Positions 27,312-42,189 of a DNA stretch of 64,000 bases are shown one piece after another (positions within the stretch are counted from its first letter, which is position 1; each line of letters starts with the position of its first letter). The translations under genes and the position numbers were made by a program. The notes below the pieces were generated by a model. It searched no databases and was not told the origin of the DNA. It saw only the letters and a program-made list of their open reading frames with translations. This stretch comes from the human T2T-CHM13v2.0 reference genome, Homo sapiens, in assembly GCF_009914755.1 (NCBI RefSeq), contig NC_060929.1, one strand, 5' to 3'.

Positions 27312-28734
27312 AGCAATAGGATTTTTTTAGTTCCATCATAATCTTATGGGGTTGCTGTTTTATATTCAATTGTTGCCCAAAATATCATTATGTGGCAATA
27401 CTATATTCCCCCCCACTCCCCGCCACACATCTCATTGGTCCTGTTTCTCAGAAGAACCCAATCTTCTCTGAAGATTGAAATTTGTCTAACAATAATGCAT
27501 GCTTTTCTTTTTCTGTATTGTACTTGGTAGCCTAAATTCGGGAATAGACCCAGCACTGTGCTGTTCGTCTAAGGTCCTAATGTAAGGTAACATTAGCAAG
27601 TTAGATAATGTTTCCTGTGGATAGAAATTAAGGTCAACATCAATGGGGTCCAGGCTTAGTGGAGAATGAGGTGATGACATAAGGGAGCTGGTAGTCATGA
27701 TAAAAAGGGAAGGTAAATTTTAAAAAATCTCTCTCTCACCTTAGACTCCAAACTATATTCTTAAGGCAGCCATTTTTCCTTCCATGGCTTGAAGAATTAC
27801 CCAGAAAGCCACCACTGGTGCTTGCTAATTGACCCAGAGAATTATTCCAGGTGGCTACAACTCTCACCATCTGCTTTGGACCCTCTCTCCAGTCTGGTGT
27901 CCCCGATTTCTCTGCCATTGGCACCATTACTTGGAAGCTTTCTCTCTGCTTGGCCCCAACAGATTGATTAGCTATTTGGACAGTCTGCTGTTCTTTGGAC
28001 AATCACTGCAACATGTGCAGCTTCTCAAATTACCCCCCATGGCAACTGCGGCCAGCAGTAAGTGGTGACAAACCGTCCAACACAGCTCCCAGGACACTAA
28101 GTGCCTGCTTCATGGGAGCATTGAGAGGCTTCATTGCTATGTTCTTATGTTGAGCAAATTTTGTGTTCAAATTTCTCTTGAAAACAGAGACACAGTCAAT
28201 ATACTGGTGATATTTTACAATACCCACAACCACATAGGGGTAAAGTATGAATGCTAAAGGGTTATAAGCATTAAGAATTTTATAATACTTGATAATCAAC
28301 AGAATTATCCGGTGATGTGAAAATGTAGCTCCCGTCAGAAGACAACTTGCTGGGATTTAATCTCACATTTTACAGAGAATTAGGCTATTATGAGCTTTCT
28401 TATTTGTTGAATCATCATCGTGCCTTCTGGAATTTAGAAGCATGACTGGTCAGGATAATCATTATTTTGGGGCCCACTGGGTTTGCAGTAAATTCGAAAC
28501 TCTGAAACAATTCAGCTTTGACCTTGGGACTTTCTTAGCAGGGCCAGCTATAGACCTAGTTCTGCCTACTTTTCAGGGAAAAGTCATTGTTTTCTATGAC
28601 CAGGTCATCTACCCAATAGAGAAACTGCATGAGCATCTGAGTGTTTTACATTGCTGTATAATGAATACTGGGGATGCCATTTTTCATTTATCATGGCTGC
28701 TTGACTCGGCATTATTTTATGATGAAAATAATAT

Positions 28735-28850
28735 AGCACTTAGAGTCAGAAAAATCTGGAATTTGTTTCTTACTCAATCAAGCTGTCACCTTCAGAAATT
28801 ACATCATTTTCAGGTCTTTTGTTTCTGCATCTGTAAATTTGATCTGTTGT
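28735..28850 (+). mobile_element. MIR fragment
   Basis: agcacttagagtcagaaaaatctgg...tgtttctgcatctgtaaa core. Confidence 0.55.
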
Positions 28851-29537
28851 TCCATTCTTAAAGTAGATGTAATCGTTAACAATAAACTGTAACCTAAAGT
28901 TATAAATTGACTTCAATTTTACAATAATATTACACATACATAAAATTTACACAGTGATTCTTGTTCTTTAGCTTTTCTCTTTTTATTATAAGTTATATCA
29001 TGCAAAGACCACATCTTTCTTTTTGGTCACTGGAGTGCCATATAAATTGTTAAAACTTGTAGTCCATTAAATGTAAAGCTGGCTGATGATAATTGATTTT
29101 CTTCTTTTTTGGTAGTGCTTTCTTGTATCATTCTTTCTTTTTTTGACTGAAAAATATATTTTAAGTTGTTATGCTTGTACTTCATTATTACATATCCAAT
29201 GTCAATCAATATAAAAAGCATTTAAACTAGTAGTTTCACAAACACATATGTGGCCAACATTTACACCAAATTCAGAACATATTTTTTTACCATCTTTTAA
29301 ATGTATCTTCACTTAGGTATATGATAATTAATATAGATTTATTTCAGTTCTTATATTATTACCTTTCCTTGTCCTTCTCCCTCTACTCTTTGTCCTTCAG
29401 AAAAATCTCCCCTAATAAATCTTTTGCATGTCTGTTTTGTGTAATTTGTGATATGTTTCCATATATCACAAATGTTACTATCATATATGTTACTGTGTTT
29501 TTCCTTGATACTTTTTTTGTGGAGTTTATCTTGCAGT

Positions 29538-32500
29538 TTATTTATTTTTTATTTTGGTAGGTTTTTGGGGAACAGGTGGGGTTTGGTTACATGAATAAGT
29601 TCTTTAGTGGTGATTTCTGAGATTTCAGTGCACCCCTCACTCAAGTAGTGTACACTGTACGCTGTGTGTGGTCTTTTATGTCTCATCTCCCTCCCCCCAC
29701 TTCCCCTGGGTGCCCAAAGTTCATTGTATCATTCTTATGCCTTTTGTATCCTCATAGCTTATCTCCCACTTACAGGTGAGAACATATGATGTTTGGTTTT
29801 CCATTCCTGAGTTACTTCACTTAGAATGGTCTCCAATTCCATCCAGGCTGCTATGAATGCCATTATTTCATTCATTTTTATGGCTGAGTAGAATTCCATG
29901 GTATATATATCACAATTTCTTTATCCGCTTGCTGATTGATGGACCACTGGGCTGGTTCCATATTTTTGCAATTGTGAACTGTGCTGCTAAAAACATGTGG
30001 GTGCAAGCTTCTTTTTTATATAACGACTTTTTTTTCCTCTGGGTAGATACCCGGTTGTGGAATTGCTGGATGAAATGGTAGCTCTAATTTTAGTTCTTTA
30101 AGCAATCTTCACACTGTTTTTCATAGTGGTTGTACCAGTTAACCAGTTAACATTCCCACCAGCAGTGTAAAACTGTTCCCTTCTCACTATATCCATGCCA
30201 ACATGGATTTTTTTAAATTTTTTGAATATGGCTATTCTCGCATTGTGGTTTTGATATGCCTTTACCTGATCATTAAAGATGTTGAGCATTTTTTCATTTT
30301 GAGTATGTTTGTTTGTCATTTGCATATCTTCTTTTGAGAATTGTCTATTCATGTCCTTAGCCCAATTTTTGATGGGATTGTTTAATTTTTTTTCTTGTTG
30401 ATTTGTTTGAGTTCCTTGTGGATATTAGTTTTTTCTCAGATGTACAGAAAGCAAAGACTTTCTCCCCTTTTCTGGGTTGTCTGTTTACTCTGCTGATTGT
30501 TTGTTTTGCTGTGCAGAAACTTTTTAGTTTAATTAAGTCCAATCTATTTATCTTTGTTTTTCTTGAATTTGCTATTGTGTTTTTGCTCATGAAGTCTTTG
30601 CCTAAGCCAATGTCTAGAAGAGTTTTTCTGATGTTATCTTCTAGAACTTTTATGGTTTCAGGTTTTAGATTTAAGTCCTTGACCCATCTTGAGTTAATTT
30701 TTGTATAAGGTGAGAGATGAGGGTCCAGCTTCATTCTTCTACATGTGGCTTCCTAGCACCATTTGTTGAATAGGGTGTTCTTTCCCCACTTTATGTTTTT
30801 GTTTGCTTTGTCAAAGATTAGTTGGCTGTGGTTATTTGGCTTTATTTCTGTTTTTTTTTTTTGTGTTATTATTATTCTGTTCCATTGGTCAGTGTGCCTA
30901 TATGTATACCAGTATGATGCTGTTTTGGTGATTATGGCCCTATACAATAGTTTGATGTCAGGTAACGTGATGCCTCCAGATTTATTCTTTTTGCTTAGTC
31001 ATGCTTTGGCTATGCAGGGTCTTTTTTGGTTCTGTATGAATTTCAGGCTTGTTATTCCCAGTTCTGTGAAAAATGATGGTGGTATTTTGATGAGGATTGT
31101 GTTGAATTTCTGGATTGCTTTTGGCAGTGTGGTCATTTTCACAATATTGATTCTACCCATGCATGAGCATGGGATGTTTTTCCATTTGTCTGTGTTGTAT
31201 ATTATTTCTTTCAGAAATGTTTTGTAGTTTTCCTTGTAGAAGTCTTTCACCTCCTTTGTTAGGTATATTCCTAAGTAAATTTTTTTAAATTAAATTTATT
31301 TTTTTTGCAGCTATTGTAAAAGGGGTTGAGTTCTTGATTTGATTCCCAGCTTGGTCACTGTTGGTATACACAAGAGCTACTGACTTGTGTACATTAATTT
31401 TGTATCTGGAAACTTTGCTGAATTCATTTACCAGTTCTAGTTGCTTTTTGGAGGAGTCTTTATGATTTTTGAGTTATATGATTATATCATCAGCAAACAG
31501 TGATAGTTTGATATTCTTTACTGATTTGGATGCCTTTCTTTCTCTTGTATGATTGTTGTGGTTAGGATTTCCAGTACTGTGTTAAATAGAAGTGGTGAGA
31601 GTGGGCATCCTTGTCTTCTTCCAGTTCTCAGGGGGAATGCTTTCAACATTTCCTGGTTCAGTATTATGTTAGCTGTGGGTTTGTCTTAGATGTGTTTTAT
31701 TACCTTAAGATATGCCCCTTCTACGCCAATTTTGCTGAGTGTTTTAGTCGTAAAAGAATGTTCGATTTTCTCAAATCCTTTTTTGCATCTATTGAGATAA
31801 TCATGTGATTTTTGTTTTTAATTCTGTTTGTGTACTGTATCACATTTATTGACTTGCATATGTTAAACCATCCCTGCATCCTTGATATGAAACCCACTTG
31901 ATCATGGTGGATTATCTTTTTGATATGCTATTGGATTCGATTCACTAGTATTTTGTTTAAGATTTTTACATCTATAGTCATCAGAATTATTGGTCTGTAG
32001 TTTTCTTTTTTTTTTTCTTTTTTAATCATGTCCTTTTCTGGTTTTGGTATTAATGTGATAATAGCTTCATGGAATGATTTAGGTAAGATTCCCTCTTTCT
32101 CTATCTTGTATAATAGTGTCAATAGCATTGGTACCAATTCTTCTTTGAATGTCTGATAGAATTCAGCTGTGAATTCATCTGGTTCTGGACTTTTTGTTGT
32201 TGTTGTTGTTGGCAATTATTTTTATTATCATTTCAATCTCACTGCTTGTTATTGGTCTCTTCACAGTTTCTGTTTCTTCCTGGTTTAATCTAGGAGGGCT
32301 GTATATTTCCAGGAATTTATCCATCTCATCTAGGTTTTCTAGTTTATGCATGTAAAGATGTTCATTAACCTTGAATGATCTTTGTATTTTTGTGGTATTG
32401 GTTGTAAATATCTCATTTTGTTTCTAATTGAGCTTATTTGGATCTTCTCTTTTTTTTATTGGTTTATCTTGTTAATGGTTTATCAATTTTATTTATCTTT

Positions 32501-35500
32501 TTAAGGAACCAGCTTTTTGTTTCATTTATCTTTTGTATTTTTTTTTGTTTTAATTTCATTTAGTTCTCCTCTAATCTTTGTTGTTTCTCTACTTCTTCTG
32601 GGCTTGGGTTTGGTCTGTTCTTGTTTCTCTAGTTCTGTGAGGTGTGAGCTTAGATTGTCCATTTGTGCTCTTTCAGATTTTTTTCTTTTGTTTTTATTTT
32701 TTTGAGATGGAGCTTCGCTCTTGTTGCCCAGGCTGGAGTGAAATGGCATGATGTCAGCTCAGGTTCAAGTGTTTCTCCTTCCTCAGCCTCCCGAGTAGCT
32801 GGGATTACAGGCATGAGCCACCATGCCTGGCTAATTTTGTATTTTTAGTAGAGACAGGATTTCTCCACATTGGTCAGGCTGTTACAATTTCAGACTTTGT
32901 GATATAAGCATTTAATGCTATGAAATTTTCTCTTAGCATTGCCTTTGCTGTATCCCAGAAGTTTTGATAGGTTGTGTCACTATTATCGTTCAGTTCAAAG
33001 AATTTTTAAATTTCCATTTTTCTTTCATTGTTGGATCAATGATCATTCAAGAGCAGGTCATTTAATTTCCATGTATTTACATGATTTTGAGGGCTCATTT
33101 TGGAGTTGATTTTCAGTTTTATTCTGTAGTGGTCTGAGAGAGTACTTGATATAACTTCACTTTTCTTAAATTTATAGAGACATGTTTTGTGGTCTATAAT
33201 ATGGGCTATCTTGGAGAATGTTCCATGTGCTGATGAATGGAATATATATTCTGTAGTTGCTGAGTAGAATATTCTGTAAATACCTGTTAAGTCCATTTGT
33301 TCTAGGGTATAGTTTAAGTCCATTGTTTCTTTGTTGAGGTTCTGTCTTCGTGACTTGTCTAGTGCTTTTAGTGGACTATCAAAGTCTCCACTATTCTTGT
33401 GTTGCTCTCTGTCTCATTTCTTAGCTCTGGTAGTAATTGTTTTATAAATTTGGGATCCCCAGTGTTAGGTGCATATATATTTAGGATTGTGATATTTTTC
33501 TTTTGGACTAGTCCTTTTATCATTATATAATGTTCCTCTTTGTCTTTTTTAACTGCTGTTGCTTTAAAGTTTGTTTTGTCTGATATAAGAATAGCTACTC
33601 CTGCTTCCTTTTCGGGTCCATTTGCATGAAATGTCTTTTTACACCTCTTTCTCTTAAGTTTATGTGAGTCCTTACATGTCAAGTGAGTCTCTTGAAGGTA
33701 GCAGATACTTGGTTGGTGAATTCTTATCCATTCTGCCATTCTGTATCTTTTAAGTGGAGCATTTAGGCCATTTACATTCAATGTTAGTATTGAGATATGA
33801 GGTACTATTCTATTCATCATGCTATTTGTTGCCTGAGTACCTTGTGTTTTTTCTTTCATTGTGTTATAGTTTTATAAGTCCTGTGAGATACATGCTTTAA
33901 GGAGGTTCTATTTTGGTATAGTTCTCAGGATTTGTTTCAAGATTTAGAGCTCCTTTTAGCAGTTCTTGTAGTGTTGGCTTGCTAGTGGTGAATTCTCTCA
34001 GCATTTCTTTTTTTTGTCTGAAAAAGTCTGTATCTTTTCTTCATTTATGAAGCTTAGTTTCACTGGATACAAAATTCTTGGCTGATAATTTTTTTTAAAG
34101 GAGGCTGCAGATAGAGCCACAGTTCCTTCTAGCTCGTAGGGTTTCTGCTGAGAAATCTGCTGTTAATCTAATATGCTTTCCTTTATAGATTATCTGGTGC
34201 TTTTGCCTTACACCTCTTAAGATTCTTTACTTTGTCTTGACTTTAGATAACCTGATGACTCTGTGCATAGGTGATCTTTTTGTGGTAAAATTTCTCAGGT
34301 ATTCTTTGACCTTCTTGTACTTGGATGTCTAGATCACTAGCAAGGCTGTGGAAGTTTTCCTCTACCATTTCTTCAAATATGTTTTCCAAACTTTTAGATT
34401 TCTCTTTTTCCTCAAGAATACCAATTACTCTGAGGTTTGGACATATAACATAATCCCAAACTTCTTGGAGGCTTTGTACATTTCTTTAAATTCATTTTTC
34501 TTTGTCTTTGTTGGATTGGGTTAATTCAAAAAGCTTGTCTTCAAGCTCTGAAGTTTTTTTCTTCTACTTGTTTGATTCTATTGCTGAGACTTTTCAGGGT
34601 ATTTTGCATTTCTCTAAGTGTGTCCTTCATTTCCAGAAGTTGTGACAGTTTTTCACTTATGCTATATATTTCACTGAAGATTTTTCGCTTCATATCTTAT
34701 AACTTTTTTGATTTTATTAAGTTGGACTTCACCTTTCTCTGATGCCTCCTTGATTAGCTTAATAATCAATCTTCTGAATTATTTTTCTGGCAATTCAGGG
34801 ATTTGTTCTTGGTTTGAATCCATTACTCATGAGCTAGTGTGATCTTCTGGGGGTTTAAAGAAACTTGGTTTGTCATATTACCAGAATTGTTTTTCTAGTT
34901 CCTTCTCATTTGGGTAGACTATGTCAGAGGGAAGATATGGGGCTCAAGCGTTGCTGTTCAGATTCCTTTGTTCCACAGTGTTTCTCCCTTAGGTAGTGCT
35001 CTCTCTCTTTCCCTAGGGATGTGGCTTCCTATGAGCCAAACTGCAATGATTGTAATTTCTCTTCTGAATCTGGCCATCCAGCAGAACTACCAGGCTCCAA
35101 GCTGGCACTGGCAGGTGCCTGCACAGAGTCCTGTGATGTGAACCATCTTCAGGTCACTCAGCCATGGATAGAAGCATCTGCTCTATCACAGGTGGCAGGG
35201 GAGTGAAATGGACTCTGTGAGGGTCCTTAGTTGTCGTTCATTTATTGCACTAGTTTTGTGTTGGTTGGTCTCCTGCCAGGAGGTGGCGCTTTCAGGAGAG
35301 CATCAACTCTAGTAGTATAGGGAGGATCAGGTGGTGGGCAGGGCCCTAGAGCTCCCAAAAGATTATGTCATTTGTCTTTGGCTACCAGGACAGGAGAGAA
35401 AGACCGTCAGGTGGGGGGAGGGTTAGGCGTGTCTGAGCTCAGATTCTCCTTGGGTGGGACTTGCTGCTGCTGCTGTGGAGAATGGCGGTATTGTTCTTAG

Positions 35501-36295
35501 GCCAGTGGAGTTATTTTCCCAGGGGGTTTATGGCTGCCTCTGCTGCCTCATGCAGGTCGCCAGGGAAGCAGGGGAAAGCTGGCAGTTACAGGCCTCACCC
35601 AGCTCCCGTGCAGCCCAAAAGACTGGTCTCACTCCCACCATGCCCTCTCCCAAGAGCACTGAGTTTATTTCCAGGCAGCCAGGTGAGCAGGGCTGAGAAC
35701 TTGCCCCAGGCTGCAAGCCTCCCCACTGAGAAAGCAAGCAAGCCTTTCCGGTTTTGCACTTCCCTGCCTGCCTTGGCTTCTGAGCTATGTTTGCACTCCT
35801 GATTCACCTCCTCCTCTGAGTTCTGTCCAGGAAACTTCCCATTCAGCCGAAATTGTTACAAAGTTCAGCTGGAAGTTTCCTTTTCCCTGTGGTCTTTTCC
35901 CAGTTCCCCTGTGAGCCCTCCCCAAGGACCTCTGCAAGATAAAGTCAGAAATGGCTTCCCTGGGGACTGAGAGAGCCCACAGGGCTCTTTCCACTGCATC
36001 TTCGACCCCTATATTTTGCTTGGCTCTCTAAATTTGTCTGATCTCCAGGTAAGGTCAAATTCTCCCATGATCTGGACCTTCAGGTTCCCCAGTGAGGGTT
36101 TGTGTTCTGGGGCAGATGATTGATCCGCCTTTCACACTTGGGACACTCAAAGGTTTTCAGCTCTCTCCCGGGTCCTGCAGGAGAAATCTGCTTCCTTCAA
36201 AGAGTCTGTGAATTCTCTTGGCTTTCCTGGTATGTTCCTGTGGTAGTTCCTGGAGCAGAAGTTCAGGATGTGAGTCTCCACACACTGCTGTGCTT
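29538..36295 (-). mobile_element. Near-full-length dead L1PB (L1PB1/2 with L1PBa-type 5' end)
   Basis: Minus-strand ORF2 remnants: endonuclease HISILTLNVNGLNAPLKR...YLQETHL (33368..33859), [22 protein letters not shown]-terminal [22 protein letters not shown]1PB 3' end ggtttttggggaacaggtgg..gttacatgaataagttctttagtgg. GC-rich 5'UTR 35.0-36.3 kb. Confidence 0.95.
32678..32881 (-). mobile_element. 5'-truncated, internally deleted AluSp-like element inside the L1PB
   Basis: Alu right arm plus part of the left arm, flanked by TTTCAGA at 32671-32677 and 32888-32894. Confidence 0.88.
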
Positions 36296-37553
36296 CTTTA
36301 GATTTTCTTCAATGAGGTTTAAGCGAAGGGAAACTTTTGATAAAGTAACCATGTGTCAACATTTGTATTTTAAAGTGATTGCTGACCTTTGTTTATGGTA
36401 GAAGTGGTAAAAATTCTGTACTGTATATTACCAGCAGGTAGTAGAAGCAAATGTGAGAACAAACTTCAGTGACATCGACATCATAATTTATAAAAATATG
36501 AGAGTTGAGCATGTCAGATATTCTCCAACTGTACCCTTTCACATTCCACTCACATGTGGCCATTGCCTCATAACTGAGAAATGGTCTTTCATTAAATCAC
36601 CATTGTCATTGCAATCTATTGTAAAATAAATTAATTTAACATCTATTTATTTCTATTTCATCAATATCACTAGAGGAATTTTACCCACAGAAAGAGTCAC
36701 TCAATTGTTGCAAATTATTATCTCTGTATTTGCATATTTATTTTTGGAAATATGTTTTATTGTGGAATGGAACAATACAATTTCTCTTATTGAATTGCCT
36801 TATTGAAGATGAAAATTTTCTAATAAAACTCTAAAACTCTAGTCATTACTGTGTTGTATTCTGATATGTCTATTCTCTCTGCTAGCTGATAATAAATTCT
36901 CTATTTTAAATCATTACATAACTTATTTCTTTGGTTGCAAAAGAACAAATACATCTTCATGCTTTTTGAAATTTGGATAAATATTTGACTGTGGAAGGCA
37001 AACTCACTCTTTTATAGAAAATAAAGTGTACTCATTATCCATTTTTTCATAACTACAGAATAGGTAACGATTTTGTGTGGCTTCAAGTAAATTTACTGCA
37101 CTAACAATGGTGGTCTAGGAGCCATTCAAATTTGTAGGAAAAACTTTGCAGCAAGTGCTTAAAATAACAGTGCAGAATATATTTTGTGATTCTGTTATGT
37201 GAATATTTCTTTAAGTGGGCAACACGTTGTGATTTATTTTTTATGGGTGCTTTATTAATAGAACTGATTTATACGATTAAGTTTTACCATATAATTCTAT
37301 AAGAAATTTCTGATAATAGGGGCACTAAACTAATTGCAGTAATTCACAGAATAACTCTTCTATGATATTTATCAAACAAATACATCAGCTGATTTTAACC
37401 TCAACATCAATAGACCTCTGAAGAAAAGTGCCCATTATAAGAAGACCAATATTGATATCTCCTATTCTATGAGACAGCTGGGCTGTCACAAATTTCAGAA
37501 TAAAGCTGGTAATTAGGCAAATAAAACTGCCACGTTCCTTTTTAAATTTGACA

Positions 37554-37829
37554 ACAGTTAGATAGAAGGAATAAAATCAAGTGTTCAAGTAGCACAATAG
37601 GGAGACTATAGTTAAAAATAATTTATCGTATTTTTCAAAATACTTAAAAGAGTAAAATTGGAATTTCCTACCAAAAAGAAATGATATGAGCTCTAGATGA
37701 TGGTTATCCCAATTACCTTGATTTGATTGTTACATGTTGTATGATTGTATCAAAATGTCACATGTGTCCCATAAATATCTACAACTATTATATATCTATA
37801 ATGATTAAAATTTAAAAATTAAAAAAAAT
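37554..37829 (+). mobile_element. L1MA-type 3'UTR fragment with A tail
   Basis: acagttagatagaaggaataa...atggttatcccaattaccttgatttg...tgtatcaaaatgtcacatgtgtcccataaata. Confidence 0.85.
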
Positions 37830-38244
37830 TCCAATGTATGAGATTTACATATTTTAGCGATTTTATGCAGCTTCCTTTTCTTGACACACAACTAGATGTC
37901 TTGTTAGAATACTTTGTGTTCAAATAAGATATTGAAATGTTAAACTTTTTTTCTCTTCTTCATTTTGTTTCCCCTTTCTTTCCTCTCAGTTACTTGCATT
38001 ATAATACAGTATGCCTCAGGGAAACTAAAATATTACAGAAAAACAGAAGATTTTTAAGTACTAAAAATCTAGGACCCCATGGGACTTGGGATATGAAGAA
38101 CACACGATGAATCTGAACAAGTCTAGATGAAGTTTTCTCAGGTTTGGGGAAGAGAAGAAACAGTCAAAGGAGAAAGGAAGATATCTAAAAACCCAATGCG
38201 TCCCTCAAGAGGGTCCTCATACTTTGTATACAACTTCAGAGTTC

Positions 38245-39160
38245 TAGACAACAAAAGAACAACCCAACCGAAAAAAGTGGGCAAAAGACTTGAATATTCT
38301 TTTCTCTACAGAAGATCTATAAACGGTCAACAGATACATAAAAAAATACTTAACATCATTAGTAATCAAGAAATACCACTTCATACCCACTAGGCTGTCT
38401 AAAATGAAAAAGACAGAAAATAACAAATGCTGGGAAAGTTGTGGAGAAATTGAAACTCTTACATGTAGCTGGTGAACTTTTAGAATGGTGCAGCCATTTT
38501 GGAAAGCATTCTTGGTAGTACTTCAGAATGTTAAATATAGAGTTACCACATGACCTAGCAATTCCACTCTTAAGACTATACCCAAAGTAAATGGAAATTT
38601 ATATGCATCCAAATCCTTGGACATGAAAGATCACAGTGGCATGATTCATAATGAGCAAAAGATGGAAGAAATTAAAAGTGCTCATCAACTGATGCAATGA
38701 GTAAATAAAATATAGTATATCCATACAATTCAATAATATTTGGCAATACAAAGAAATAAAATAGTGATGCATGTTACAATAGGATTGAACCTGGAAAAGT
38801 ATTATGCTAGAAAAAAATTTAAAAAGAAAATTAGAAATGAAGGAGAAATAAAAAAAAACACTTAAAATAGTGTTAATTCTAGGTGAAAGAGGCAAGTCAC
38901 AAAACACCACATATAGTATGATTTCATTTATATGAATAATACAGGCAAATTTATAGAGACAGAAAACAGACAACTGGCTGTTAGGGGCTGAAAGAGGGAG
39001 GAATGTGGAGTTACTGCAAAAAGGTACAGAATTTTTTTTTTTTTTGGAAATGGTGAAATCTTCTAAAATTATAGTTTTAACAACTTTGGGAATATGCTAA
39101 AGAGCACTGAATTGTATATTTTAAAAGGATGCATTTTATATGAATTATAACTCATAAACA
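38245..39160 (+). mobile_element. L1MB/L1ME-type ORF2 end and 3'UTR fragment
   Basis: gggcaaaagacttgaat...ccacttcatacccactagg...gacctagcaattccactct...caggcaaatttatagagacagaaa...cactgaattgtatattttaaa. Confidence 0.85.
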
Positions 39161-39239
39161 ACAGTCAACTAGAATGAATGCAAGAGTATCTTGAATCACT
39201 GAATCTTGAATCATGGTCTATTCTCTTATGGGAGAATTG

Positions 39240-39651
39240 TGATATGGTTTGGATGTGTGTTTCGCCTCCACATCTCATGTTGAAATATGATCCCCAATGT
39301 TGGAGGTGGGGTCTGCTGGAAGGTGTCTGGGCCATGGGGGTGGATACATCATGAATGGGTTGGTGCCTTCCCCATAATAATGAGTTCTCACTCTATTAGT
39401 TCAGGCAAGAGCTGGTCATTTAAAGTAGCCTAGCATCTCTGTTGTTCCCTCTCTCACCAGGTGATATGCCTACTCCCCCTTCACCTTCGATCATGATTGT
39501 AAACTTCGTGAGGACATCACCAAAGGCTGACATTGGCAACATGCTTCCTGTACAATCTGCAGAACAACGATGGAACAAAATAAACACCTTTTCTTTATAA
39601 ATTACCCGGCTTCATGTATTCCTTCATAACAATGCAAAGCAGCCTAATACA
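39240..39651 (+). mobile_element. MST (MSTB-like) MaLR solo LTR, 5-bp TSD
   Basis: TG...CA termini (tgatatggtttggatgtgtg...cctaataca). TSD AATTG at 39235-39239 and 39652-39656. Confidence 0.92.
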
Positions 39652-42189
39652 AATTGTCAGTGAGTAGGCAGATTTTCAGAATGTATGGCTAATTGGAATT
39701 TCCATGGTCCTATATGAGAAGAGATTTGAAGTAATTCCATAGAATGTTATGAGCGCCCTGGGAGAAGAAAAAGGGTGATTTTTCAGAAGGAAAAGAGTGT
39801 AAGAAAAACATGAAATTCAATTTTCCAATGACAGTTCTGAGAACACTTAAACAAGGAGGGATGTGGGAAGTGATTTTTAAGTCTGTATCTAGAAATAGGG
39901 ATTTCTAAAATAACTGGATCTTTTTCTGGAGAGATTAAAAAAAATACTAACATTATTCACCAGGCAAGTAAAAGCAACCAAACTAGCATGTTCCTTAATA
40001 TCTTTAAGTATAATTAATTGAGTACTAGTAGAATGCTATCCCTTCTGACATCCTTTGAACACTAGGATGCCAGGATCCAATGTAACCCTAGAAAACATAG
40101 TGATCATCCCAAGAAAGATTATATTTCTAAGGTAACCACTATGGATTCAATGAAACCAAAAGGCATACTTACACTTTTCCAATAGGAAAACTAAACACAC
40201 CACAATAATTATATGCATAATGAAAATGAGGCTTAGGAGGTTACGGAAAGTGTGCCAAGACTGTATACTATTTATTTATTGACAATTTAAGCAGTAGACT
40301 TTAATTCATTTTTTCTCTAGTATTGGAGATTTTCTATGTCCAGAGACAGAAAAATGACTCTGATGAGGAGGAAGTGGTGTGGAATATGGCTAGGACATGG
40401 CACCCCCACCAGTTAACCTGAGTCCATTGAGAGCTCCCTCTGAGAAGGGGAATTGTGCCTGCATCCATGTCCACATTTCCTTTGTAGCATTGATGATAAT
40501 GTGTAGACAACAAAAAGCTTCTTGAAAGAATCAGGGGTGACTCTAGTTCCAGTCTTAAGGGGAGTGCGAACTGTACCTTTATCCAGCCTTATCTACCCAT
40601 CCATAAAAACTCTGGATATATGATACATGTTTATATCTGTTCATGTTGGAATTGGGGTGGAGCTAATGATATCTACAGAGTCATATACTGATTGGTACGT
40701 AAGTAGTAGTATTTTGGAGAAATGAGCTCAGAATATAGTTTCAGAATATAGTACAAGTCCCCAAAGAGATTTTATATACATATTTACTCTATATAATGTA
40801 TATATATATTTATAAATATATAAATTATCTTGCAACCCGGAGGGAAGCAGAAGTAACAAACAAAATGGTCATACCTGAAGAGGCCTGGCATAAAGGAAAA
40901 GAAATATGACAAAGCAGTATTTCTACTTGGACATATGAATAACACAGAAGACGGACATTTCAGAAGATGTGTCTGTAGATAAAAATGGCAGAATCTCAGG
41001 TTATAAGGCATGTGTACACACACATACATGCGTATAGAAATCTGTGTTCCCTAAAACTATGTGTGTCCCCTGGTTGTTAGTTCCAACTATAGGAAAATGT
41101 ATTAGGTAGGGACTTGAAAATAAGTTTCTTCCATGTGATTGGATTGATGCTAAAAATAGAAATACATATAAGAAATATAAACCATAGTCATACTTGAGTT
41201 ATGAGCTTACATTTGTTCATCTGTAAAAATAGCTTCTTAAGTGAAACAAAAACAAATGACTTCAAGATCTCAATCATGATCTGGTCAGCTTCATGATAGC
41301 TGGCATCACTGTGTTGATATTGATACTGTCAAGAACTGTAGTTAAAGTTTTGTTTTGAGAATAACAAGTTTGAGTGTTCGTACTATGGTATTAGAGCTTC
41401 TTTTATGTCCATTACATAAGTGAGTTTTTCCATTTTCATTTCCTTTTGTGGGGAAAATCATACAAAAAAAGCAACATTAAAAAATTGTACAGAGGTGGAA
41501 AAGAGTTTTGATGTGTGCTCATGGTAACCACTGTAGTAGGAAAGATGACATGAAGATGGGGACTGATGAAAATATCACCTGAAGATGCAGCAGAAATGAC
41601 ACTGTGAAACAGCCATGGCATCTCACTTGATACAAACAACCCAGCACTGCCTTCCTCACTGAGCCTGTGTCTTGTTCATGCAGGTGCAAAACAGCCAGTA
41701 CTCTTGAGAAGTGCACACTGCACCATCGTGCTCACAGGCTGTCATTTCGATCTTCTGCCCTTGGGGAATTGCATAAACCTTGGATTTCAAATCACTTGTT
41801 TAAATGAATTCCAAAATCCTTCCTAATTTGAAAATCTAGGGAAGTAGACCTTATCATTAAATTGACACTGACTTTTGTTGTACCTGAAATTTGAATTATT
41901 GCTAGATCAATTTTTACTTTGATAAAAAATATGATGATATTTACTTTTCCAAGTTTTCTTTTTCTTTTTTCTATAAAGCTGTTGAGAAAATCATTGCATA
42001 TATGCTCTAGTTAGGGGAAACCTTTCTATTTTATTGACTCTTACAAGTGTCAAGATGAGAGCAATAGTTTCATCTTATGGCATGATAGCAGTAGTTTCAT
42101 TAGGTTTTTATAAAAAGAAGTATAGTGATTCAATTTATCAAAACCTAACATGGAAAACTAAAAATATGTTGTTGAAATGATTACCAGGA

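Noticed and set aside
28442-28861. 139-aa ATG-initiated ORF
   Set aside because: There is no recognisable domain, its 3' third lies in a MIR, and no supporting splice or promoter structure is visible.
33368-33859. 163-aa ORF with an endonuclease motif
   Set aside because: It is the APE domain of the dead L1PB ORF2. Neighbouring sequence is full of stops and frameshifts, so it is not a host gene.
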